Assembly (NCBI GenBank): GCA_963801355.1
Contig: CAWDEM010000004.1
Location: forward strand, 1,216,001 to 1,280,000
DNA from: Ignavibacteriota bacterium
GTDB taxonomy: Bacteria > Bacteroidota > Ignavibacteria > UBA10030 > UBA6906
DNA: 64,000 nt
Direction: 5' to 3'
This document shows, one piece after another, positions 18,747 to 27,764 of this stretch; position 1 is the first letter of the stretch; each line of letters begins with the position of its first letter. Under the pieces are notes generated by a model that was not told the DNA's origin, ran no database searches, and worked only from the letters and a program-made list of their open reading frames with translations. The position numbers and the translations under genes are program-made.

Positions 18747-21104
18747 ATGATCGTTGCGGCATTCCTGATATCGGCGGTGCTCTCAACAGCTGCGGCTGGA
18801 CAGGAGTCCATGATTATTCTGAATAATCACCATGTGCGCCTTGAAGTGCGGCATGCTGAAGGTGCCTGGCGGGAGACCTACTCGGCATGGGCTGCGGGCG
18901 AATGGCACACGCTGCTCGTGGCAGGGCATGCGCGTCGACCGGAGCCCTCCCTGATGCTCAACGGCAGACCCTGGGAGCCGGGGTTCTCGCAGGCTGTCCG
19001 GCACACTCTGCCCAACGGCGATCAGTCAGTGCTGCTCACCGCCGGGAACTCCGGAATCCGCCTCACAAAGCGTGTGATACTGCATGGCGGGGAAGACTAT
19101 TTCCGTGTGGAGGTGACCTGTGCCGTTACCGCACCGACCGGCGTCTCCCACATTCTCTCGACATACGCGTTTGTTCCTGACGGCGCAACTGAACCACACC
19201 GGTGTTTCCCCGACTTTGTCTTTACGCCGCAATTGCGGCCGGAAGAAGGGGATGTGATAGGCGACCACACATTCCGCTCGCCTGCCCTCATCCTGCAGAG
19301 GGAGACCCGTTTTGCGGCACTGGTCCCCGACATCACGGCAATCGACGTCCGCGACCGGCGCATCCAGAGCGGAGCAGATGTCCGCGTGGATTCCGGTTCT
19401 GTGCCGATGCTGTCCTATGGCCTCCTCCCATGGGTGAAGCGCGCACATGTCTACTACAGCCATGCCGACAGCATGGCTGTGCAACTCCAGGATACCACCG
19501 TGCGTTTCGGGTATTCCCTCTTTCTCCGGGCCGATGCGCCAGAGCAGTCCGGCTACCGGGAGGTCGTCCGCTTTCTCTGGGAGGAGTTCGGGACAAAATC
19601 ACTCGCCGCCGGTGCGGGCCCCCAGCAGGAGCCCTTCTCCTCCTACATCCACAAGGCGTGGTACAACTATCTTCCGCAGGTCGCTCTCGATACGGTGTAC
19701 AACGGTACACCGGTGACGTTGCTCCGGCAGGGTCGGCTGGCGTGGAGCAACAAGCTCCCTTCCACCGCGGACAATGACACATGGTTCAATGTGTGGTTCA
19801 ATGCGTTACGGACCGCCTACGGGATGTCTCTGTGGGGTACCGCGAGCCGGGATCGGCAGCTGGCCGAACAAGCGGAACGCGTGCTGAATCTTGCCCTCGC
19901 TGCTCCGAACCCGGGCGGGGTCGCCCCCTCCATTTTCTATATGGACAGCGCCGGCGGACACTGGGTTGCGGACCACGCGTGGGGGGGAATTCGTAACGGC
20001 GAGTACTATGCGATGTTCCACAATGCGTGGACAGGCTACTGGCTGCTGCAGTGGTCCGATCTCGTCCCTGCGCGACGGCCGGAGATTTTGACGTATACCC
20101 GTCGATGTGCAGATTTCCTTTGCGCACATCAGAGACCGGGAGGTGTTATTCCGTCCTGGTATCATCCCGAGTCGCTGGAACCGGCCCCGGAGTTTCGCGA
20201 CGAAAATGCCGAAACGGCGGGCGCAGCACTCTTTCTTGCAGAACTTGCGCGCCGCACAGATGAACCCCGATATCGTAACGCCGCGGTGAAAGCGATGGAC
20301 TACATCCTTCACGACATCGTCCCCGGTCACAAGTGGTTCGACTTCGAGACCTTCTTTTCATGTTCCCGAAAACCCCTGGGCTTTTTCGATCAATTCACCC
20401 ATCAGCATCCTCAAAATACATTGTCAATGCATCAAGCGGCTGAAGCCTGCCTTGCTCTGGAAGACCTGACGGGAAAGCGGATGTACAGAGACCGGGGGGA
20501 AGAAATCCTCGACTATCTATGCCTGTACCAGCAGGTCTGGAGCCCGCGATGGCTTTCGTGCCCCCTCTTCGGAGGGTTTGGCGTTCAGAATACCGACGGT
20601 GAGTGGAGTGATTCGCGGCAGGCGTACTTCGCCGTCACGCTGATGCGCTATTATCAACGCACCGGGCGGCGAGAGTATTGCGAGCGGGCGGTTGCAGCAT
20701 TGCGTGCACAGTTCTCCCTGTTTGAATCTCCCGAGTCGCCCAGGACAGCCGAAAACTACGCACATTCTGCAGTGGACAAGCTTGCCGGCGTGACCGGACT
20801 GCACTGGGGCACGGGCAGTGCCGTCGTCTCGATCCATCTGCTCGCGCCGCAATACGGTGACGCCTATGTGAACCTGCAAGGAGAATGGGGGGTGGGCATT
20901 GATGGGTGTACAATAGAAAGTGTTGCTCTGGATGGGACGGCACTCCGGGTGCACATCAGGGATGACGTCCATACTCCGCGCGCAATCCGCATCGTCTGCG
21001 CTGAGCCGCTGCTCGCACAGTATCGACTGACGGTGAACGGCAAGGACCAGGGTGATGTGCCGGCAGAGGTCCTGCGTGAAGGGACCATGGTGAATATTCC
21101 GTGA
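18747..21104 (+). CDS. Uncharacterised secreted protein, probable alpha/alpha-toroid (glycosidase/lyase-like)
   Basis: Signal peptide (AAAG-Q); helical aromatic-rich core (QRPGGVIPSWY, DFETFFSC, QNTDGEWSD). Confidence 0.6.
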   Translation: MIVAAFLISAVLSTAAAGQESMIILNNHHVRLEVRHAEGAWRETYSAWAAGEWHTLLVAGHARRPEPSLMLNGRPWEPGFSQAVRHTLPNGDQSVLLTAGNSGIRLTKRVILHGGEDYFRVEVTCAVTAPTGVSHILSTYAFVPDGATEPHRCFPDFVFTPQLRPEEGDVIGDHTFRSPALILQRETRFAALVPDITAIDVRDRRIQSGADVRVDSGSVPMLSYGLLPWVKRAHVYYSHADSMAVQLQDTTVRFGYSLFLRADAPEQSGYREVVRFLWEEFGTKSLAAGAGPQQEPFSSYIHKAWYNYLPQVALDTVYNGTPVTLLRQGRLAWSNKLPSTADNDTWFNVWFNALRTAYGMSLWGTASRDRQLAEQAERVLNLALAAPNPGGVAPSIFYMDSAGGHWVADHAWGGIRNGEYYAMFHNAWTGYWLLQWSDLVPARRPEILTYTRRCADFLCAHQRPGGVIPSWYHPESLEPAPEFRDENAETAGAALFLAELARRTDEPRYRNAAVKAMDYILHDIVPGHKWFDFETFFSCSRKPLGFFDQFTHQHPQNTLSMHQAAEACLALEDLTGKRMYRDRGEEILDYLCLYQQVWSPRWLSCPLFGGFGVQNTDGEWSDSRQAYFAVTLMRYYQRTGRREYCERAVAALRAQFSLFESPESPRTAENYAHSAVDKLAGVTGLHWGTGSAVVSIHLLAPQYGDAYVNLQGEWGVGIDGCTIESVALDGTALRVHIRDDVHTPRAIRIVCAEPLLAQYRLTVNGKDQGDVPAEVLREGTMVNIP

Positions 21105-22138
21105 ACAGGACGCGGAGGCAATGCATGGTGTGGAGAACAACGTGGCTCGTGGCGGGTCTGGCATGCTGCCTGGCATGCACATCCGCACAAGAGAGCACGA
21201 TATATATGGCGATCTTGAGCTCGCGCGCACACCAGTGGAATCGCGCCGATAACCCGGCCATCGGGCTCTTCGCAAGCACCGACCGGGGAGCGACCTGGCA
21301 ACATATGGGATGGCGCGAATATATCCGCACCTTCTATTCTGTTGAGGGCGCAGACGGCACACTCTGGAGTGCATGCGGCAATGGGGTGCTCCGTTCAACG
21401 GACGGAGGGTCGAGCTGGAAAGTGACCACAGGCTGGGAAGTGACGGAAGTGCTGAAGATTGCGGTGGACCCGCATCGTCCGGCGACTGTGTTTGCGGCGA
21501 CAGCTTACGGTCCCATCGCCACAACCGATGGCGGCGAGACCTGGGCGTTTCGCAGAAACGGCCTCTCACGGTGGTTCGCCGCCGACGTCTGCATTGACCG
21601 GAATCGGAGTGAACGCGTGCTGGTTGCATCGGAGACTGGAGTCCTGATGAGCATCGACGGGGGACACCGCTGGCGGCCGACATCGCTCAAAGGGAAGGAT
21701 ATCCGGACAATCGTTCAGGATCCCTCGGGTGATGGACATTTCTGGGCCGGTACGGAAGAGCATGGCATCTGGACCTCCTCGGACGGCGGGGCGACATGGC
21801 ATTCCGCAAGCCGGGGCCTCGCGCATAAGACAGTCTATTGTCTCGTCTTCGATCCGGACGATCCGACCCGGATGTACGCCGGAACGCATGACGGAGGCGT
21901 CTATCGATCATCCGATCACGGTAAGAGCTGGGCGCAATGCTCTCACGGACTGACAAATCTTGTCGTTCATTCACTGGTCGTGCTGCCCGGCGAGCGGCCG
22001 GCGGTGTTTGCGGGAACATTGAACGATGGGCTGTTTCAAAGCACAAACGGCGGCGGAACATGGACATTCAACAGCCAGCCCGAAGCCCAGGTCTGGGGGT
22101 TGAGCACAGGCAAGGGGATCAGGAGGGGAGCGCGATGA
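21101..22138 (+). CDS. Secreted BNR/Asp-box repeat beta-propeller protein
   Basis: Repeated S-x-D-G-G-x-T/S-W motifs; N-terminal hydrophobic signal; GTGA overlap. Confidence 0.85.
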   Translation: MNRTRRQCMVWRTTWLVAGLACCLACTSAQESTIYMAILSSRAHQWNRADNPAIGLFASTDRGATWQHMGWREYIRTFYSVEGADGTLWSACGNGVLRSTDGGSSWKVTTGWEVTEVLKIAVDPHRPATVFAATAYGPIATTDGGETWAFRRNGLSRWFAADVCIDRNRSERVLVASETGVLMSIDGGHRWRPTSLKGKDIRTIVQDPSGDGHFWAGTEEHGIWTSSDGGATWHSASRGLAHKTVYCLVFDPDDPTRMYAGTHDGGVYRSSDHGKSWAQCSHGLTNLVVHSLVVLPGERPAVFAGTLNDGLFQSTNGGGTWTFNSQPEAQVWGLSTGKGIRRGAR

Positions 22139-23958
22139 GGAATTCCCGGAGACTTCGGTGGGGACGCACGGCCGGCTGGGTACTCACGGCTGGAATGGCC
22201 CTCGGCATGCTCACGACGGCACACGCGGTTGGAGGCCCGGTGGATTCCGCGTTTGATGCGCGGTGCGCGCGGGTCCTCGAGGTTGCCGCAGGCGAATCGG
22301 AGTATAACCTTCTCACTATTGCCGCAAAGCTCAGAACGGGTCATGATGTGCCCCAGGCGTATCACATCCTCGATTCATTGACACACGACCGGGCGATGGG
22401 AGGGATGTTCTACTGCTACACGCTGATCGGCCTGTATCTCCACACGCGCGACGTGCTCCCCGATTCGCTCGTCCGGCAAATCCGCGAGGCATTCAGGGTG
22501 CGCACGATGTACCGGGGGGATACGGAGAACCACTGGGTGATGTACTACACAGGGATGTATCTCGCGTCACAGACGTGGCCGGATGACCCCGGCACCATGT
22601 GGTTCAACGGCAGGAGTTCCGCGGAGAATTTCGCCGAAGCCCGCGCGTGGCTCGAGTACTGGATGAATATCACCAGCACCATCGGACAGGGCGAATTCGA
22701 TTCACCCACATACATGACCGTGTTTGTCGCACCCATGCTTGTCCTTCACGAGTTTGCCCTGGACGGCACAATGAAGAAGCGCGCGGGGATGATGGTGGAT
22801 CTGTTGCTGGCGGACTTCGCTGCGGAGCATCTGGAGGGGAGTTATGGCGGGGGACACAGCAGGGATTATCCTGAAGACATCATCAACCCGCTCGGCGCGC
22901 CGAGTACGATGTGGGCCTGGCTCTATTTCGGTCGTCCGCAATTCGAGCAGTGGAATGAAGTGCGGTATCGCCCGCGGCATCGCGGATCGTGGGAAACGGT
23001 GTTCGCCGCCTTGAGCAGCTACCGGCTCCCCCAGGTCATCGAGCACATGGCTTGTGACCGCACGCAGCCGTACGTACACCGGGAGAAGAAACGCACCCGC
23101 AACATCATCCGGTTCCAGAGTGAGAAGAATATGCCGGTGTACAAGTACACGTTCATGACGAAGGACTTTGTCCTGGGATCCCTCCAGGGCGGAATTCTGC
23201 AGCCGATCCAGCAGCACACATGGGATGTCACGTTTGCTACGCCTGAACCCAACAACACCCTCTTTACACTCCATCCGTACGCCTCCGGACATGAGCTGGC
23301 GATGTTTTTTCCGGAGGAACAGGCATTTCTTGCCGCCGAAGTCGATCGCTACCATAAGGTATACACCAGTCCCGACAAATGGAACTCCAGCTCGCCCTTC
23401 GAACAAACGTTTCAGCATCGCGGATCGCTCATCGTCCTGTACAATATCGAAGCGGGTACGCAGCAACCCCATATCGATGGTTTCTTCCCGGCAAATCTCG
23501 ATGAGCGCACGGAAGACCGGTCCGGCTGGATATTCTGCCGCAAAGGCCGGGTCTATATCGGGGTGTATCCTCTCGCGCCGTATACATGGATCAAAGAGGA
23601 CGTGGACTGGCGCTTTCGCAGTAGTGTTCTCCGCAACGGTGTGATTGTTGAGGTCTCTTCACAGTCCGAGGCCGGATCGTTCGAGAAATTCACCAGGGAG
23701 TTGCGGAGCCGGAAACCTGACACACGCGATTTCAACACGACGCTCACCGCCGCGTTCACAGCGCGGGACGGCAAGCGGATGCAGTTCACGTTCGGCGGGA
23801 AGCGCCTGCTCGACGGCCGCCCGGTGGCATTCCCGGTCGACAGACTGTTTGACGGGCGGTGGATGCAAAGCACCGTGGGGACCGGCGTGATCCGGATGAC
23901 CGACGGCGTCAGGACGCGCACACTGGACTTCCCCCGCGCGCAGGTCACAGACAACTAA
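22135..23958 (+). CDS. Uncharacterised secreted protein (TENH/EFDSP motifs), paralog of 24979-26820
   Basis: Signal peptide (AHA-V); YRGDTENHW, GQGEFDSPTY, LQGGILQPIQQHTW; SD AGGAGG. Confidence 0.7.
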   Translation: MRNSRRLRWGRTAGWVLTAGMALGMLTTAHAVGGPVDSAFDARCARVLEVAAGESEYNLLTIAAKLRTGHDVPQAYHILDSLTHDRAMGGMFYCYTLIGLYLHTRDVLPDSLVRQIREAFRVRTMYRGDTENHWVMYYTGMYLASQTWPDDPGTMWFNGRSSAENFAEARAWLEYWMNITSTIGQGEFDSPTYMTVFVAPMLVLHEFALDGTMKKRAGMMVDLLLADFAAEHLEGSYGGGHSRDYPEDIINPLGAPSTMWAWLYFGRPQFEQWNEVRYRPRHRGSWETVFAALSSYRLPQVIEHMACDRTQPYVHREKKRTRNIIRFQSEKNMPVYKYTFMTKDFVLGSLQGGILQPIQQHTWDVTFATPEPNNTLFTLHPYASGHELAMFFPEEQAFLAAEVDRYHKVYTSPDKWNSSSPFEQTFQHRGSLIVLYNIEAGTQQPHIDGFFPANLDERTEDRSGWIFCRKGRVYIGVYPLAPYTWIKEDVDWRFRSSVLRNGVIVEVSSQSEAGSFEKFTRELRSRKPDTRDFNTTLTAAFTARDGKRMQFTFGGKRLLDGRPVAFPVDRLFDGRWMQSTVGTGVIRMTDGVRTRTLDFPRAQVTDN

Positions 23959-23964
23959 GAGGAA

Positions 23965-24969
23965 ATGATGATCCGACGGAGTTCACTCTTTGCCTTGATT
24001 CTGACGGCGTGGACCACAGTCCAGCTCTCCGCGCAGGAATCAACGGTCTATTGTTCCATTGTCGCCACGAAGCTGTTCGTCGTTGGGGCTGCCAACCCGC
24101 GGACGGGCGTGCATCTGCAGCATCCTTCCGCGGATACCGGTTGGACGCACGTCGGACCGAACAACATTCGTGCGTTCGGTGTGGCGGTGCATCCGGGCAC
24201 GGGGCAGCAGATCATTTATATCGCATCCGGCAACGGCCTGCACAAATCATCTGACGGGGGGAAAACGTGGCGGATCACCACAGGCTGGAACATCACCGAA
24301 GTGCTGAACGTCTGTCCTGATCCGCGGGACGTGCAGACAGTCTATCTGGCCTGCGCATACGGCATATTCCGCAGCACGGACGGGTGCTCCTCCTGGAAGG
24401 AATGCAACACCGGGATTGCGAGCAAGTTCACGACCTGCGTGCTTGTCGATCACGCACGGCCAGAAATCGTCTACTGCGCGTCCGAAGACGGTGCCTACAA
24501 GAGCACCAACAGCGGCGAGTCCTGGTCACGGATGGGATTGAGTGTCGCCGGTGTCCGCACCATTGCCCAGCACCCGACGGACCCGGATGTTCTCATGGTG
24601 GGGACCGAGAACAACGGCTTGTATGTTTCCACCAACGGGGGCAGGTGGTGGAACAAATGCGAATCGGGCATCGATCATCCGACGTTCTACACGATCGCGT
24701 TCGATCCCGGGCGTCCTTCCACGATCTACGCCGCCGGATATGTCACCGGCGTGTACAAGTCCACCGACAGCGGCGGCACGTGGAAGCGCATGAACAACGG
24801 TCTTGATGTGCTGACCTTCCATTCCATCGCCGTGGACCCGCGGAACAGCGCGCGCGTGTATGCAGGAGCCTATTGGGGAGGTATCTACAGATCCGATGAT
24901 GGGGCGGCATCCTGGCGGAGAACCGGCGTTGCGGACTCCCAGGTGTGGACTGTCGTCATTCACCCGTAA
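23965..24969 (+). CDS. Secreted BNR/Asp-box repeat beta-propeller protein, paralog of 21101-22138
   Basis: Signal peptide (LSA-Q); SSDGGKTW, STNSGESW, STDSGGTW repeats. Confidence 0.85.
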   Translation: MMIRRSSLFALILTAWTTVQLSAQESTVYCSIVATKLFVVGAANPRTGVHLQHPSADTGWTHVGPNNIRAFGVAVHPGTGQQIIYIASGNGLHKSSDGGKTWRITTGWNITEVLNVCPDPRDVQTVYLACAYGIFRSTDGCSSWKECNTGIASKFTTCVLVDHARPEIVYCASEDGAYKSTNSGESWSRMGLSVAGVRTIAQHPTDPDVLMVGTENNGLYVSTNGGRWWNKCESGIDHPTFYTIAFDPGRPSTIYAAGYVTGVYKSTDSGGTWKRMNNGLDVLTFHSIAVDPRNSARVYAGAYWGGIYRSDDGAASWRRTGVADSQVWTVVIHP

Positions 24970-24978
24970 TCGAAGAGC

Positions 24979-26820
24979 ATGACTATGAACGTCACTATAC
25001 ACGCAAACGCTATTCTCACTCTCGGTCTTCTCATCTGTTGCTCCGTGGCTCCTGCGCAGGCGCAGAGCAGGCAGGAATCCCTGAAGTCTTTTGAGCAACG
25101 TGCACAGTATATTGTCTCCGCGTATGACACCTCCACGGCCCTGAGCTATACCGTCGTTGCCGCGCGCTATGCAACCGGGAATAACATCCGCCTGGCTGAC
25201 AGTATGTTTCAGACGCAGCTTCGTGATTGCCGCGGGGACATGTTCTGGATGTATCCGGTGATTGGTGCGTATCTGCATGGAAAGGACAAAATGTCCGCCG
25301 CCACGCGAAAGGCGGTGCGGAACGCATGGAAAACCTATGCGCCATACAGGGGTGACACGGAAAACCACTGGGCAATGTACTATGCCTCGCTTTTCCTCGC
25401 GGCCGAGCAGTGGCCCGGGTTGCCCGGGTCGGAGTGGTTCAACGGGAAGAGTTCCGATGAGAACCTGGCGGAGGCCCGCGGATATATCGAACACTGGACG
25501 CGCATCACCACAACGATAGGTCAGGGTGAATTCGACAGTCCGGACTATTTCCCTGAATACGCCGTCTCCATGTCTCTCCTGGCTGACTTTGCCATGGATC
25601 CCGCAATGCGGACCCGCGGGTCCATGATGATGGACTACCTGCTCGCGGATTTTGCCGCCGATCATCTTGACGGGCAATACCTCGGCGGCTACAGCCGCAT
25701 CTACCAGCCCGCGGTCTTCACACCATTGCTTTCCGGTGCGTCGGCTTTTGCGTATCTGTTCTTCGGCACGGGGGAGCCGACCCAGAGTTCCTGGGCGTTC
25801 CTGCCGGCCGCCGGCAAGTATCGCATGCCGGATATCATCTACAGAATTGCCACTGACCGTTCGACACCGTATCTGCACAAAGAGCGGAAACGCGTGCGGA
25901 ACGTCATCCGCTTCGGCAGCGAAATGAATCCACCGGTCTACAAGCAAACGTATGTCACCGCAGACTACGGCCTGGGGGCCCTGCAGGGGGGTATTCTTCA
26001 ACCTATTCAGCAACACACCTGGGGCGTCCGGTTCCTCAGCGGGAAGCCTACCACAACCATCTTCGGCTTGCACCCGTACTGGTCAGCATATGAGCTGGGA
26101 TTGTTCTTTCCGGAGGAGCTTAAGCCGCTCATTGCGGATGTGACACTGTCGAAGGGAACCTACAACAATCCTGACAAGTGGACGGGGGGCTCGCCGTTTG
26201 AACGCACGTTCCAGCACAACAACACGCTCCTGGTGCTCTATGATATTGCGCCCGGCACAACAACAGAACACATTGACGGCTTCTTCCCGGGCAGCCTGGA
26301 ACAACGCCTGGTCGACCCATCCGGTTGGATTTTCTGTAAAGCCGGCCGGACGTTCATCGGATGGTTTCCGCTCCAGGGATATGTCTGGATGGAGGAGCGT
26401 GAGACCCCGGCACAGGCCAAGAACGCCATCGGTCGTCCGGAGAATATTCCGCCCGGTCAGTCCGTCGTGCACTGGCGCCTCCGGAGCCACCATCCCCAGA
26501 ACGGCTACGTCATTGAAGTGCGGTCCGCTTCGGAGGTGGCCACGTTTGAACGGTTTTGTGAGGGGTTGCGGAAACACCTCCCCCGTGCGACGCTTGAGCC
26601 GGGTCACGTCAGCGTTGAGTACGTCACGCTGGAGAATCACCGGATGCAGTTCGCGTTTCCCGAGAGCCGGATCCTGGACGGGAATACGGTCGATCTGTCA
26701 CGCTACCGGTTGTTCGAAGGGCCTTTTCTCAACGCCGATGTGGGCAGCCAGCGGTTGCTGATGACTTACAAGGACAAGAGACGACTGCTCGACTTCACAA
26801 CTCTGCAAGTGACCGAATGA
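24979..26820 (+). CDS. Uncharacterised secreted protein (TENH/EFDSP motifs), paralog of 22135-23958
   Basis: Signal peptide (AQA-Q); YRGDTENHW, GQGEFDSPDY, LQGGILQPIQQHTW. Confidence 0.7.
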   Translation: MTMNVTIHANAILTLGLLICCSVAPAQAQSRQESLKSFEQRAQYIVSAYDTSTALSYTVVAARYATGNNIRLADSMFQTQLRDCRGDMFWMYPVIGAYLHGKDKMSAATRKAVRNAWKTYAPYRGDTENHWAMYYASLFLAAEQWPGLPGSEWFNGKSSDENLAEARGYIEHWTRITTTIGQGEFDSPDYFPEYAVSMSLLADFAMDPAMRTRGSMMMDYLLADFAADHLDGQYLGGYSRIYQPAVFTPLLSGASAFAYLFFGTGEPTQSSWAFLPAAGKYRMPDIIYRIATDRSTPYLHKERKRVRNVIRFGSEMNPPVYKQTYVTADYGLGALQGGILQPIQQHTWGVRFLSGKPTTTIFGLHPYWSAYELGLFFPEELKPLIADVTLSKGTYNNPDKWTGGSPFERTFQHNNTLLVLYDIAPGTTTEHIDGFFPGSLEQRLVDPSGWIFCKAGRTFIGWFPLQGYVWMEERETPAQAKNAIGRPENIPPGQSVVHWRLRSHHPQNGYVIEVRSASEVATFERFCEGLRKHLPRATLEPGHVSVEYVTLENHRMQFAFPESRILDGNTVDLSRYRLFEGPFLNADVGSQRLLMTYKDKRRLLDFTTLQVTE

Positions 26821-27764
26821 AACCGTTGCCCCGCCCGTCGATCGACGTAGTTGTCGCAGGGGTCGCCCTGGCAGATGTCATTGGCCGGCCGATCGACCTC
26901 CGTCGTCCGCCTCCTCAGGGAGGGCTGCAGCTGCTGGAATCGGTGACGCTGACGACCGGGGGAAACGTCTCGAATTCGGGCATCGATCTGGCAAAGCTGG
27001 GATTCCGGGTCGCAGCCATCACCCGCATCGGCGATGATACACTCGGCGAATTCATCCTGAACGAATACAGGCGGCACAAGCTGCGGACTGAGGGTGTGGT
27101 GGTGGACTCTCGCATGCAGACCTCAGCCACATTTGTGGCAGTGGACGCACAGGGTGAACGTACCTTCCTGCACACCCGGGGTTGTCTGGAGAGGTTCGGC
27201 AAGGGTGACATTGTCAAAGGGCTCCCCATTATTCGCCGGGCGAGGGTTTTTGCGTTCGGGTATCTGGGGCTTCTGCACGAAATCGAGGAGGACCTGCCGT
27301 ACATCTGCGCGCACGTAAAGAAACGCACCGGCGCGGGGGTTCTCGTCGATACAGGCGGCAATCCGCGTTATGCACCAGCTCTCATGCGACGGCTCTTGCC
27401 CTTCGTCGATTACTTCATACCGTCTCACGATGAGGCCGCCGTGCTCACCCGCGAACAGAAGCCCGAGAACATCGTCCGCCGTTTGCGCCACTGGGGTGCA
27501 TCCGGCGTGGTGGGGGTGAAGCTCGGCGCCGATGGATGCTACATGACAAGCCCCGGGGGCGCGGCATTTGTCCCCCCGGTGCGGGTGCGACACGTCGTCG
27601 ATGCCACAGGGGCGGGCGATGCCTTCATCGCAGGGTTTCTGGCCGCCACACTCAAGGGGTACACACCCATCGAAGCCGCCCGCGTGGCAAATGCCGTTGC
27701 CGCAAGCTGTGTCACCGCCGTCGGTGCTTCCACTGCCATCCGTCCATTCACAGAGTACATATGA
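26817..27764 (+). CDS. PfkB family carbohydrate kinase
   Basis: GGNVSN, IGDD.LG, DATGAGDAFIAG. Confidence 0.92.
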   Translation: MKPLPRPSIDVVVAGVALADVIGRPIDLRRPPPQGGLQLLESVTLTTGGNVSNSGIDLAKLGFRVAAITRIGDDTLGEFILNEYRRHKLRTEGVVVDSRMQTSATFVAVDAQGERTFLHTRGCLERFGKGDIVKGLPIIRRARVFAFGYLGLLHEIEEDLPYICAHVKKRTGAGVLVDTGGNPRYAPALMRRLLPFVDYFIPSHDEAAVLTREQKPENIVRRLRHWGASGVVGVKLGADGCYMTSPGGAAFVPPVRVRHVVDATGAGDAFIAGFLAATLKGYTPIEAARVANAVAASCVTAVGASTAIRPFTEYI

